Shown: piece by piece, positions 37,397 through 46,976 of the stretch
Position numbering within the stretch: the first letter of the stretch is position 1
Layout of the letters: the number at the start of each line of letters is the position of its first letter
Assembly: GCA_035286365.1 (NCBI GenBank)
Contig: DATHJZ010000076.1
Coordinates: 12,712-76,711, forward strand
Reading direction: 5' to 3'
DNA from: Steroidobacteraceae bacterium
GTDB lineage: Bacteria; Pseudomonadota; Gammaproteobacteria; Steroidobacterales; Steroidobacteraceae
DNA: 64,000 nt
Notes under the pieces: model-generated
Told to the model about the DNA's origin: nothing
Database searches by the model: none
Seen by the model: the letters and a program-made list of their open reading frames with translations, nothing else
Program-made: the position numbers and the translations under genes

Positions 37397-38812
37397 TCAG
37401 ATTTTGAACCGGCGCCACGCGCCATGATGCCAGCGCCAGAACAGGCTGATGCCTAACAACGTGACGTAGCTCATGAGTGCGATCCAGCCGCCCTTCGCGC
37501 CCATTCCGTACTGGGGCAGTCCGTCGATCCAGCCGGCCCCTGGCGCGAAGATCAGTGTGTGCGCCAGCGGCACGAAGAAGAACCACGACAACACCAGCGC
37601 TGTCGCGGCCGGTACGCGCGTATCGCCGGCGCCGCGCAGGCAGAAGCCGGAACCGCAATACAGGCCGTCGAAGATCTGGTATGCCGCGGCGGGCCACAAC
37701 AGGACGAGCCCGAGGGCGACGACATCCGCGGCGGACGAATCCCCGGCGCTCACGAACAGCGGCAGCACCCAGGGACCGACGACCAGCAATACGACGGCGA
37801 TGAAGGCCATGAATCCCGCGCACAGCACGATGACGACGTTGCCCATGCGGTTGGCCCAGTCGCGGTTGCCGGCGCCGATCGACTGCCCGACCAGCGTGGT
37901 GCCCGCCAGCGCGATGCCAATCGTGGGCATGTACGCCATCGAAGTCAGCGCCATGACGATCTGCGTGGCGGCGGCGCCGACCGCGCTGGTCTGCGCAATC
38001 ATCATCTGGGACAGCGCCAGGCCGAGCACGTCCGCGCCGTACATGACGCCAATCGGCAGGCCGACCGAAAGTTGCGCGCGAATCACGTTCCAGCGTGGCC
38101 GCCACATGACCTTCGATCGATACAGGCGTCCGGTCTCGCCGCCGAGGAACAGCGTGAGCGCCAGCGCGACACCGATCACCTGCGCGAAATTGGTGGCCCA
38201 CGCCGAACCTGCGATCCCCATCCCGAACTCGAAGATGAAGATCTGGTTCGCGATGGCGTTGACGATCGTGGTGGCCACGACCACGGCGAGAGTGAAGCGG
38301 ATCGCGGAGATGCCGTTGAAGAAACCCATCGCTGCCCAGGCCATCGAGCCGACGAAGGCGCCGCCCATGCGCGGCCCCCAGTAGTCGAGCGCCAGCGCTT
38401 CGATGTGCGCCGGCAGCCCGAATGGATGCAGCAGCAACGGCCCGGCGAATGCCAGGGCCAGGAACAGCGGGATCAGCGCAAGCGAGGCCCACAACGCATT
38501 CCACAGCGCGCGCGATGCGCGCGCCCGGCGCCGGCTGCCGTACGCCTGCGAGACGAAGGTCTGCACGGCCAGGCCCACACCGCCGAACAACAGGATCGCG
38601 CAGGTGAGGATCCAGTAGATAGCTCCCATGGCCGCCACCGCGTCGGTGGAGAGGCGGCCGATGAACCACAGGTCGGTGAGGTTCAGCAGCGCCTGCACGG
38701 CGTTAGTGGCCATCAACGGGGCTGCGAGCTTGAGGATTTCCCGCAGGTCGACGTGCGATTTACCGGCCGCATCGAGGCGTTGCGCGGGCAGCAAGCGATC
38801 TGCGATCGGCAT
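37397..38812 (-). CDS. MATE-family efflux transporter
   Basis: 471 aa, ~12 predicted TM segments. The LKLAAPLMATNAVQALLNLTDLWFIGRL N-terminus is typical of MATE/NorM. Start at the ATG at 38810-38812. Confidence 0.8.
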   Translation of the reverse strand: MPIADRLLPAQRLDAAGKSHVDLREILKLAAPLMATNAVQALLNLTDLWFIGRLSTDAVAAMGAIYWILTCAILLFGGVGLAVQTFVSQAYGSRRRARASRALWNALWASLALIPLFLALAFAGPLLLHPFGLPAHIEALALDYWGPRMGGAFVGSMAWAAMGFFNGISAIRFTLAVVVATTIVNAIANQIFIFEFGMGIAGSAWATNFAQVIGVALALTLFLGGETGRLYRSKVMWRPRWNVIRAQLSVGLPIGVMYGADVLGLALSQMMIAQTSAVGAAATQIVMALTSMAYMPTIGIALAGTTLVGQSIGAGNRDWANRMGNVVIVLCAGFMAFIAVVLLVVGPWVLPLFVSAGDSSAADVVALGLVLLWPAAAYQIFDGLYCGSGFCLRGAGDTRVPAATALVLSWFFFVPLAHTLIFAPGAGWIDGLPQYGMGAKGGWIALMSYVTLLGISLFWRWHHGAWRRFKI

Positions 38813-38814
38813 GC

Positions 38815-40089
38815 TCACCGTCCTGCTTCCCTGGCAGGGCCGCCCTGGCGCGCTTCGAAGCCCTTGCCGAGGCTGCGCGCAGCGGCGAGCAACAACACGC
38901 ACAGGCCGGCGCACATCCAGGCGATGCTGACGAGCCCGATGCCCGCGATGAGCACGTACAACCACTGTGCGGCCGTGTCCGCGCCCCGTTGCAGCACCGT
39001 GTCGATCAGACTCTTGCTCTTGAACTTGCTCTCGGGGTTCAACACCGTGAACAGCATCTCGCGCGGCGGCTTGCCCAGGCCATAGTCGGCGGCTCGGCGC
39101 AGCACCTGCGTGACGAGCAACACGCTGCCGAGCGGAAAGAACGCCATCGCGACGAAGCTTGCGCCGATGAGCAGCGGCATGGCCGCGAGGCTCGTGGCGA
39201 CGCTGCCACGCCGCGTCAGCCAGGTGACCACCACCGCCTGGAAGAACAACGACAGCAGGTTCACGGCGATCTCCATGTTGGCGAAGATCGCGGCCCGGTC
39301 GGCCACCTCCGTGTAGGCGGCCGCGACGTACCTGCCCTGCTCGTTGTACATGAACGCGCCGATCGTCTGGCCAGCAATGATGATCCCGGCGATGCCGAGT
39401 AGATAGGGCGTCTTCACCAGGCGCGCCAGGTCGTCGATGGCGCGGCCACCGACAGGGATGGCCGCGTCCGGCACACGAGCCCCGTCGGGCGAGCGACGCA
39501 GCGTGCTGCGAGCGCGCGTCACGAGCGTGGCCGTGCACGCGATGAAGGCGCACGCCACGAAAATGAGCGGCGTGGGTCCGAACTGCCGGACCAGCAACGT
39601 CACGAGCAGCGGTCCCAGCAAGGCGCCGGCGCTGCCGCCCGCCGCGATGTAGCCATAGAAGCGCTTCGCGAGCTCCGGGCGCCAGACGTCCGCCATCGCG
39701 CTCCAGAACACCGAGATGACGTACAGGTTCGCCGACGTCAATGCGACGAAGTAAATGAACGCCAGGATGCGATCGCGCGGATACCAGTGCAGGCCCAGCC
39801 CGAGGGCCACGAACACCACGACGAACGGCGTACACACCCACCACAGCAGCTGGCCGCGCGGTGTGCGGCCTACCAGCCACCAGTAGATGGGCAGCAGCGC
39901 CGCCGAACACAGCAGCACGGCGGAGAACAGGATGGAGTTGTATTGCACGCCGACTTCGAGCGCTAAAGCCTCGCGCAGCGGCCGCAGCATGTAGTAGCCG
40001 CACAGCAGGCTGAAGAAGCCCGCCGCGGCGAGCAGCAACGCACGCCGCTCCTCCCGGCCGACCGGGACGCTGAGCGGCGCGGCGTTCAC
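38815..40089 (-). CDS. MFS-type transporter resembling the ATP/ADP-translocase (TLC/Npt) family
   Basis: Polytopic, 424 aa. The N-terminus FFSLLCGYYMLRPLREALALEVG matches the Y..LR..kD motif of TLC-family carriers. GTG start overlaps the maoC-like stop (GTGA). Confidence 0.5.
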   Translation of the reverse strand: MNAAPLSVPVGREERRALLLAAAGFFSLLCGYYMLRPLREALALEVGVQYNSILFSAVLLCSAALLPIYWWLVGRTPRGQLLWWVCTPFVVVFVALGLGLHWYPRDRILAFIYFVALTSANLYVISVFWSAMADVWRPELAKRFYGYIAAGGSAGALLGPLLVTLLVRQFGPTPLIFVACAFIACTATLVTRARSTLRRSPDGARVPDAAIPVGGRAIDDLARLVKTPYLLGIAGIIIAGQTIGAFMYNEQGRYVAAAYTEVADRAAIFANMEIAVNLLSLFFQAVVVTWLTRRGSVATSLAAMPLLIGASFVAMAFFPLGSVLLVTQVLRRAADYGLGKPPREMLFTVLNPESKFKSKSLIDTVLQRGADTAAQWLYVLIAGIGLVSIAWMCAGLCVLLLAAARSLGKGFEARQGGPAREAGR

Positions 40090-40979
40090 CGCAGCGACTT
40101 CAACGCGCCCGTCAGATGCGGCTTTTCACCCTGCGCGTCGCGCAGCGCGAAGCCGGTGCCGTTCTCGATCGACCAGCGCTGCAGCATCAGCCAGGCGGGC
40201 ATGTAGATAGGCAGCTTGAAGGTCACGTTGAGCTCGCAGCCGCCGTCGAACTGCGCCGCTTCGAAGTCCGAGGCCAGCCGTCCGAGCGACCACATGCCGT
40301 GCGCAATGGCCTTGGGAAACCCGAAGGCGCGCGCGGTCAGGTCGCTCATGTGGATGGGATTGACGTCGCCGGAGATGAATCCGTAACGCCGCCCCAGTCC
40401 CGCCGGTGCGCGAAAGCTGCTCGACTTGATGGCGAGCTGGTCCGGCGACCCTTCCGGTCCGCGCGCTGCCGTGGTGGTCTTTCCGGCGCCCGCAGCTGTG
40501 CGCCTGCGCGCCAGGAACGTACAGGTCTCGTCCCAGCGCGGCTCACCGCCGACCACGTATTCGGTATGCAGGTCGAACTCCTGGCCGCGCTCGGTCTCGC
40601 GATGGCCCTCGATCCAGCAACGGATTTCCGCCGGCTCTTCGGCCGACAACGGCTCGCGCATCGCGATGCGATTCTGCACGTGCACGAGGCCGAACAACTT
40701 CACCGGGAATGCTTCGGCGCCGAGCATCGCCAGGTGCAGCGGCATCGCGAGAATGTGCGGATAGGCGATCGGCAGCGTGGCGCCCGCCGCGGCGCCGCAG
40801 ATCTCCGAGTACTGCGCGAGATGCTTGCGGTCGATCGTGACCTTCGCGAGTCGGGACTCGATGCGCGGGACTTCGCCGCCTTCGGGCACGAGCGCGGGCT
40901 TCCGCGACACCATGATCTTCGGATACATCGACCAGACGGCCGGCGCGCGCGCGAACTCGAGCGAATGCTTGGCCTGCAT
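40086..40979 (-). CDS. MaoC-like double hot-dog dehydratase
   Basis: YGFISGDVNPIHMSDLTARAFGFPKAIAHGMW hydratase motif in the C-terminal half, with an N-terminal hot-dog-like half. Confidence 0.7.
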   Translation of the reverse strand: MQAKHSLEFARAPAVWSMYPKIMVSRKPALVPEGGEVPRIESRLAKVTIDRKHLAQYSEICGAAAGATLPIAYPHILAMPLHLAMLGAEAFPVKLFGLVHVQNRIAMREPLSAEEPAEIRCWIEGHRETERGQEFDLHTEYVVGGEPRWDETCTFLARRRTAAGAGKTTTAARGPEGSPDQLAIKSSSFRAPAGLGRRYGFISGDVNPIHMSDLTARAFGFPKAIAHGMWSLGRLASDFEAAQFDGGCELNVTFKLPIYMPAWLMLQRWSIENGTGFALRDAQGEKPHLTGALKSLR

Positions 40980-41002
40980 GTGGCGGATTCCCTGGCGAAA
41001 CT

Positions 41003-42037
41003 TTACGGGGAGAGTCGGTCGATGACGATGTTCAGTCGCCCGTCCTTGCCAACATGATAGCTAACTTGCCCAAACGGGTCGCCGCTGGTCGCGGTCGGTG
41101 TTCCGCCCAGCGCAACGCGCGCGATCACTTCGAGCGACTGACCGGTCGCGATGCGGCGCGACGGCAGCATGGCGTTGGCCGCGGTCAATTCGACATCCTG
41201 CGGGAATTGCGCCGCCAGGCGTTTGACCGCGAACGGCGGTCCGGGCGACTTCGGATCGCGCGCCGCAACGAACAGTACGGATCCGGGCGGAACCTTGGCC
41301 TTGAGCTGCGGCGACAAGGTGACGTGCACTGCAACGCGCGCCTGGTCGTCGGCCGTCGCGGCGGCAGCCGATGCTTCGGGCGCAGGCTGCGCACCATCTG
41401 CCATATCGAGCGCGGCGATGCGCTGTTCGATGATCGTGCGGATATTGGCCGGCGGATTGAGCGCCAGCATGCGCGTGAAGCGTTCGCGCGCCGCCGCGGT
41501 TTCGCCGCGGCTCATCGCGGCAAACGCGCTGTAGAACAGCGCCTTGGCATTTCCAGGGTCCACGGCGAGCGCACGCTCGAACAGGTGTCCGGCCGCGCCG
41601 CGGATCTGCTCGGGGTCCTGCGCGACCAGGTTCTCGGCGATACCGAGCAGCGCCTCACTACTTCCGCCGTTCGCGATCCGGTCGGCGCGCTGATAGGCGC
41701 GTACCGCGAGTGGATATTGCTCGAGCACCCCGTAAGAACGGCCGAGCATGAGCCAGCCATTCAGATTGTCGGGGTTCGCCGCGAGCTGGGCGGCGAGCTT
41801 GGCGGCCATGGCCGCCGGCGTATCTGCGATGGCCACGCCTTCGGCGTTGTGCCAGTCATAGCTGCTGAAAGCGCGGTACAGGCCGGCCGTGCCTAACAAG
41901 ACGACCAGGATGAGCACGAGCGCAGTCGCCGTGGCGGCGGGCTTCGAATCGGCGCGGCGTTTCAACAGCGGCAGCAACACCACGAGCGCCGTGCCGGTTG
42001 CCAGCGTTCCCGCGATCAGCACGAACGCTCCGTTCAT
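41003..42037 (-). CDS. ccmI: Cytochrome c-type biogenesis protein CcmI (TPR)
   Basis: N-terminal TM segment MNGAFVLIAGTLATGTALVVLLPLL followed by TPR-like repeats. ATGA overlap with the ccmH stop, at the end of the ccm operon. Confidence 0.8.
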   Translation of the reverse strand: MNGAFVLIAGTLATGTALVVLLPLLKRRADSKPAATATALVLILVVLLGTAGLYRAFSSYDWHNAEGVAIADTPAAMAAKLAAQLAANPDNLNGWLMLGRSYGVLEQYPLAVRAYQRADRIANGGSSEALLGIAENLVAQDPEQIRGAAGHLFERALAVDPGNAKALFYSAFAAMSRGETAAARERFTRMLALNPPANIRTIIEQRIAALDMADGAQPAPEASAAAATADDQARVAVHVTLSPQLKAKVPPGSVLFVAARDPKSPGPPFAVKRLAAQFPQDVELTAANAMLPSRRIATGQSLEVIARVALGGTPTATSGDPFGQVSYHVGKDGRLNIVIDRLSP

Positions 42038-42477
42038 CGCGGTTCGTCCGCATCCACGGAAGTGTCGTCGCCAGCGACCATCGCGGAGCGGCGTCGCACC
42101 ACCACGAATGCGACCACGAGGCCACCCAACAAAACAACGATCGGCGCGATCCACACCCAGGCAGTGGACCCCGAGAGCGGCGGACGGAAGAGGATGACGT
42201 TGCCGTAGCGCTTGACCATCGAGGCGCGGATTTCATCGTCGGACTTGCCGGAGAGCAGTTGTTCCTTCACGTCACGACGCAATTCGGCGGCGAGATCCAC
42301 CGGCGAATCGGCGATGCTGTTGTTCTGGCACTGCATGCAGCGAAATTCGTGCGTGAGGCCCTCGTAGCGCTGCTGCAGCTCGTCCGTCGGCAGCACCGTG
42401 ATGTCGATGGCAAGCGCCTGCATCGCCAGCGCGCCGAACAGGATCGAGGCGAGTATCCGTCGCAACGCGCTTTTCAT
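42034..42477 (-). CDS. ccmH: Cytochrome c-type biogenesis protein CcmH
   Basis: Signal peptide followed by the FRCMQCQNNSIADS (LRCxxC-type) motif. Confidence 0.9.
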   Translation of the reverse strand: MKSALRRILASILFGALAMQALAIDITVLPTDELQQRYEGLTHEFRCMQCQNNSIADSPVDLAAELRRDVKEQLLSGKSDDEIRASMVKRYGNVILFRPPLSGSTAWVWIAPIVVLLGGLVVAFVVVRRRSAMVAGDDTSVDADEPR

Positions 42478-43007
42478 GGCAATGACGGCCCGCGCACCCG
42501 GGAAAGGAACTCGCGCTTCCAGACCTCCGGGGTCATCGCACCCACATGCCGGTACTGCACGCGCCCGCTGGCATCGATGAAGAAGGTTTCGGGTGCGCCA
42601 TACACGCCGAAGTCGATGGCGGTGCGGCCTTCGCGGTCAACGACCACGGCGGTGTAGGGATTGCCGAGCTGCGTGAGCCATTGCTGCGCGGCTTCGTCCT
42701 CGTCTCGCCAGTTGAGCCCGATGATCGGCATCTGGTTCTGACGCGCGATCTCGAGCCAGGCCGGGTGTTCCTCGCGACAGGCAAAGCACCAGGTGCCCCA
42801 GACGTTCAGTACCCAGGGACGACCGGCGAGATCGGCGAGCTTGACGTTGCGGCCGGGCTCACCCAGCACGGGCAGATCGAACGCCGGCGCGGGCTTGCCT
42901 AACAAGGCCGAAGCCATCGTGCTCTTGTTCGGTGAACGGACGACGCCGATGTACAACACGCTGCCAAGCAACGCGAATGCGACGATCGGAAGCACGAAGC
43001 GATTCAC
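42474..43007 (-). CDS. ccmG: Thiol:disulfide oxidoreductase DsbE/CcmG
   Basis: WGTWCFACREEHP thioredoxin motif and GVYGAPETFFID. GTG start at 43005-43007 overlaps the ccmF stop (GTGA). Confidence 0.9.
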   Translation of the reverse strand: MNRFVLPIVAFALLGSVLYIGVVRSPNKSTMASALLGKPAPAFDLPVLGEPGRNVKLADLAGRPWVLNVWGTWCFACREEHPAWLEIARQNQMPIIGLNWRDEDEAAQQWLTQLGNPYTAVVVDREGRTAIDFGVYGAPETFFIDASGRVQYRHVGAMTPEVWKREFLSRVRGPSLP

Positions 43008-44962
43008 GAGCCTGAAGCCCCGACCGCCGTTGCGGGAATGGCGGAAGCGGCGGCCACGCGCGTCTTGTAGCGCCGGTCGCTGGCGGCGAGCAGCCCCCCG
43101 AGCGCCATCAATCCCGCGGCCAGCCACACGTAGTCGATGAGCGGACGCACCTGTGCGCGCACGCTCCAGCGGCCCGCGCCAAGGTCATCGCCCAGCGCGG
43201 CGAACAGATCCATGTTCCAGCGGCTGTGAATGCCCGCCTCGGTCATGGTCGAGCGCTGCACCCAGTAGTTGCGCTTCTCGGGATGCAGCACGGCGAGCGG
43301 CTGTCCGTCGCGCAGCACCGTGACCACCGCGCGCACGCCGTCGTAGTTAGGCCCTTCCAGCGGCTCGATGCTGTCGAAGCGATAGGCGTAGCGGCCGAGC
43401 GCCACACTTTCGCCCCTTGCGAGGGGCACGTCGCGCTCGATGGTGTACGACTCGACCGTCGAAATGGCGATTACGCACACGCCGATACCGATGTGCGCCA
43501 GTGTCATGCCGAGAACCGCGCGCGACAGCGACAGCCTGCGGCGCAGGCGATCGATCGGGTCAAACAAGGAAGAGACGATGATCCACACGCCGACCACGAC
43601 TCCCACGGGGGTCAGCCATTTGCCCGGGCCGTACGCGGCAAACACGATCAGGAGTCCGATGACGAGGGCGAGCGCGAGCCCGATGCCGAGACGCCGACGC
43701 TGGGTCGCGAGGCGCCCCTGCTTCCAGCCGGCGTGAATGCCGACCCCGAGCAGCGCCAGCAGCGGCAACATCGCGACCGGGAACAGACGCGTGAACCACG
43801 GCGTGCCCACCGAGATCGAGGGCATGCCGAGCGCGTCGGCGATCAGCGGCGCGAGCGTGCCGATGAACACGATGGCGGCGGCGGCCACCAGCAGGATGTT
43901 GTTGTAGAGCAGGAATGCCTCGCGCGCACTGCCGTCGAAGCCGGCTGTGGACTTGAGCAATGGCGCGCGCCATGCGTACAGCGTCAGCGCCCCACCGATC
44001 ACGATGACGAGAAACGCCAGGATGAACATGCCGCGCGTCGGGTCGGCCGCGAACGAATGCACCGACACGAGCACGCCCGAGCGGACCAGGAACGTTCCTA
44101 ACAAACTCAGCGAGAACGCGAGGATGGCGAGCAGCAACGTCCAGCTCTTGAACAGGCCGCGCTTCTCCGTGGCGGCCAGAGAATGGATCAGCGCGGTGCC
44201 TACCAGCCAGGGCATGAACGACGCGTTCTCCACCGGATCCCAGAACCAGTAGCCGCCCCAGCCGAGTTCGTAGTACGCCCACCAACTGCCGAGCGCGATG
44301 CCCACCGACAGGAACGCCCACGCCAGAGTCGTCCAGGGACGCGTCCAGCGCGCCCACACCTGGTCGAGCTTGCCCTCGAGCATGGCCGCGCAGGCGAACG
44401 CGAAGGCCACCGCAAAGCCGACGTAACCCATGTAGAGCAGCGGCGGATGTATCGCGAGCGCCGGATCCTGCAACACCGGGTTCAGGTCGCGCCCGTCGGC
44501 CGGCACGGGAAAGATGCGTTCGAACGGATTCGAAGTCGCGAGAGTGAATATGAGGAAGCCTGCGCTCACGAAACCGAGCACGCCCATCACGCGGCTGGCG
44601 AAACTCGCCGGCAGATGGCGGCTGAACGCCGCAACGGCCAGTGTCCACAGCGACAGTATCCACGCCCACAGCAGCAGCGAGCCCTCATGCGCGCCCCACA
44701 GTGCGGCGACGCGATAAAACGTCGGCAGCGCGGAATTGGAATTGCTGGCGACGTACAACACCGAGAAATCGAAGCTGACGAACGCGTGCACCAGCGCGCC
44801 GATCGCGGTACTGATCAATACGAACTGTCCGGCCACCGCCGGCCTGACTACCGCCTGCCAGCGTGCATCGGCGCGCGCCGCACCGGCCAGACCGAAGAAC
44901 GCCTGCACGCCGGACATCACCAGCGCGAGGATGAGTGCGAATTGACCGAGTTCGGGAATCAT
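43004..44962 (-). CDS. ccmF: Cytochrome c heme lyase subunit CcmF
   Basis: 652 aa, polytopic. The WGGYWFWDPVENASFMPW tryptophan-rich (WWD) motif is present. Confidence 0.95.
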   Translation of the reverse strand: MIPELGQFALILALVMSGVQAFFGLAGAARADARWQAVVRPAVAGQFVLISTAIGALVHAFVSFDFSVLYVASNSNSALPTFYRVAALWGAHEGSLLLWAWILSLWTLAVAAFSRHLPASFASRVMGVLGFVSAGFLIFTLATSNPFERIFPVPADGRDLNPVLQDPALAIHPPLLYMGYVGFAVAFAFACAAMLEGKLDQVWARWTRPWTTLAWAFLSVGIALGSWWAYYELGWGGYWFWDPVENASFMPWLVGTALIHSLAATEKRGLFKSWTLLLAILAFSLSLLGTFLVRSGVLVSVHSFAADPTRGMFILAFLVIVIGGALTLYAWRAPLLKSTAGFDGSAREAFLLYNNILLVAAAAIVFIGTLAPLIADALGMPSISVGTPWFTRLFPVAMLPLLALLGVGIHAGWKQGRLATQRRRLGIGLALALVIGLLIVFAAYGPGKWLTPVGVVVGVWIIVSSLFDPIDRLRRRLSLSRAVLGMTLAHIGIGVCVIAISTVESYTIERDVPLARGESVALGRYAYRFDSIEPLEGPNYDGVRAVVTVLRDGQPLAVLHPEKRNYWVQRSTMTEAGIHSRWNMDLFAALGDDLGAGRWSVRAQVRPLIDYVWLAAGLMALGGLLAASDRRYKTRVAAASAIPATAVGASGS

Positions 44963-45408
44963 GTGGCCCCCGGAGCCGGATCAGGCGGCGGCGGATTGTC
45001 CTTGAGCGAGCGCGCCACTTCGGGCGGCATGTATTTCTCGTCGTGCTTCGCCAGCACTTCATCGGCCACGAACACGCCGCGTTGCATCGTTCCGTGTGCG
45101 ACCACGCCCTGCCCGTCGCGAAACAGATCGGGGAGGATTTTCGAATAGGTGACCGGCACGGTGTGTTTGTAGTCGGTCACCAGGAATTTTACGTCGAGCG
45201 TGCCCAGAGTCTTCTCGATGCTGCCCTTCACGACCATGCCCCCGAGGCGGAAGCGCTGCCCCGCCGGCACCTCGCCAGCGGCAACCTGCGATGGATCGAA
45301 GAAGAACATCACGTTGGCGCGGAACGCCTGCATGGCGAGGAATGCCGCGAGGCCGCAGCCTGCGACAATCGCGGCCACGACCACCATGCGTTTGTGGCGC
45401 GCCATCAT
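44959..45408 (-). CDS. ccmE: Heme chaperone CcmE
   Basis: FRLGGMVVKGS ... VLAKHDEKYMPPEV contains the heme-binding His context. Confidence 0.93.
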   Translation of the reverse strand: MMARHKRMVVVAAIVAGCGLAAFLAMQAFRANVMFFFDPSQVAAGEVPAGQRFRLGGMVVKGSIEKTLGTLDVKFLVTDYKHTVPVTYSKILPDLFRDGQGVVAHGTMQRGVFVADEVLAKHDEKYMPPEVARSLKDNPPPPDPAPGAT

Positions 45409-45560
45409 GGCGACATCTCCAGCCGGCGTTTCGCCTGTTGCTTGGCGTCCGACAAGGCCCGCAGCGCCAGCACGAGATTGAGCGCGACGATGCCGAAGCC
45501 GATCGCAAACGAAGGCCAGAGGTATTTGCCGTACCCGCTCATCGCGAAAAATTCGCTCAT
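45405..45560 (-). CDS. ccmD: Heme exporter protein CcmD
   Basis: 51 aa: MSEFFAMSGYGKYLWPSFAIGFGIVALNLVLALRAL. ATGA overlaps at both ends (ccmC stop, ccmE start). Not listed as its own ORF in the track. Confidence 0.8.
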   Translation of the reverse strand: MSEFFAMSGYGKYLWPSFAIGFGIVALNLVLALRALSDAKQQAKRRLEMSP

Positions 45561-46288
45561 GACAACACCTCCCGCACCCAGCTTGCGCCGCGTTCGCGCC
45601 GCAGCAGTTCGGCGCGCAACCGGATCAGCAACACTGCGCCGAAGAACAACATGAATGCGAGGAACATCGTCAACAACGGCCACACCATGGACCAATCCAT
45701 GTCGGCCTTGCCTAACAAGCGCGTGGCCGGCTGGTGCAGCGAGTTCCACCAGTTCACCGAATACTTGATGATCGGCACGTTCACGATGCCGACGATGGCG
45801 AGCACGGCGCTCGCCTTGTCCGCCTTCTGCGGGTCTTCGATCGCTGCGCGCAGGCCCATGTAGCCGAAATAAAGGAATAGCAGCACGAGCTCCGACGTGA
45901 GCCGCGGATCCCAGGCCCAGTACGTGCCCCACATGGGTTTGCCCCACAGGCTGCCGGTGATCAACGTTGCCACGGTGAACCAGGCGCCGATCGGTGCGCA
46001 GGCCGCCGCTGCCGCGTGCGCGACCTTCATGCGCCAGATGAGTCCGACCGCAGCGGTCACGGCCATGGTGGTGTAGATCAGCAGCGAGAGCGTGGCGCTG
46101 GGTGCGTGCACGTAGACGATGCGGAAGGCGTCTTTCTGTTGATAGTCGGGCGGCGCGAGCACGAGACCGCCGTACAACGCAATCAACATCAGCAACAGCG
46201 CCGCGCTGCCGAACCACGGAGTCCAGCGCTGCGCAAAACCGTACATGTACGGTGCAGATCCGAAGCGATGGAACCAGGTCCAGTTCAT
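45557..46288 (-). CDS. ccmC: Heme exporter protein CcmC
   Basis: WGKPMWGTYWAWDPRLTSELVL WWD motif. Confidence 0.93.
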   Translation of the reverse strand: MNWTWFHRFGSAPYMYGFAQRWTPWFGSAALLLMLIALYGGLVLAPPDYQQKDAFRIVYVHAPSATLSLLIYTTMAVTAAVGLIWRMKVAHAAAAACAPIGAWFTVATLITGSLWGKPMWGTYWAWDPRLTSELVLLFLYFGYMGLRAAIEDPQKADKASAVLAIVGIVNVPIIKYSVNWWNSLHQPATRLLGKADMDWSMVWPLLTMFLAFMLFFGAVLLIRLRAELLRRERGASWVREVLS

Positions 46289-46295
46289 TCAGCGG

Positions 46296-46976
46296 CTACT
46301 CCAGTCCGATTCGCACCGCGGCGGCCGCGGCCAGGGGCGCGAGCGTCACGCCCAACACGGCAATTGCACTCAGCATGTACATTGGCCCGGCAATGTCCGC
46401 GCCGACGATGGCGAGGCGCGTGGCATCCGAGCCGAATACCAGGATGGGCACCGACAGCGGCAGTGTCAGCAATGACAGCAACACACCACCGCGCCGCGCG
46501 CCGAGGGTGAGTCCCGCGCATATTGCGCCCACCAGGCTCAAGCCAAAACTGCCGAGCGCGAGCGCGGCGATCATCGCTCCGAGCGCCGCGACCGGCACGC
46601 CGAGCGCGAGTGCCGCGAGCGGCGCCGACAGCGCCAGCGGCAAACCAGTCAGCAACCAGTGCGTGCAGGTTTTCGCAAACAACATCCATGTCAGCGATTG
46701 TCCGGACAACGCAAACTGCTCGAGCGTCCCATCTACCGCGTCGTCGCGAAACAGGAACTCCAGCGCCAGCAGCGAGGATAACAACGCGCCGATCCACAAG
46801 ACACCCGGCGCGGCGTCTCGCAAGCGCGACAACTCGGGGGTTAATGTCAGGGGAAACAGCGTTGCCACGATCATGAAGAACATGAGTGGCTGCAGAAGTT
46901 GCGAAGGTTTCCGGAAAGCGAGACTCAGGTCACGCGCGGCGACCAGGCGAGCGGCGGCCAAGGCGCCGGTCTTCAT
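46296..46976 (-). CDS. ccmB: Heme exporter permease CcmB
   Basis: 226 aa, polytopic. FRDDAVDGTLEQ motif. Positioned between ccmA and ccmC. Confidence 0.9.
   Translation of the reverse strand: MKTGALAAARLVAARDLSLAFRKPSQLLQPLMFFMIVATLFPLTLTPELSRLRDAAPGVLWIGALLSSLLALEFLFRDDAVDGTLEQFALSGQSLTWMLFAKTCTHWLLTGLPLALSAPLAALALGVPVAALGAMIAALALGSFGLSLVGAICAGLTLGARRGGVLLSLLTLPLSVPILVFGSDATRLAIVGADIAGPMYMLSAIAVLGVTLAPLAAAAAVRIGLE

Noticed and set aside
37353-38669. The N-terminal 439 aa of ORF 35199..38669. Similarly, the N-terminal part of ORF 37397..40003 and of ORF 31185..33038.
   Set aside because: These are out-of-frame read-through across the upstream genes (MATE, the TLC-like carrier, VOC). The sequence there is Arg/Gly/Ala-rich junk. 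The real starts were identified from motifs, Shine-Dalgarno sequences and stop-start overlaps.
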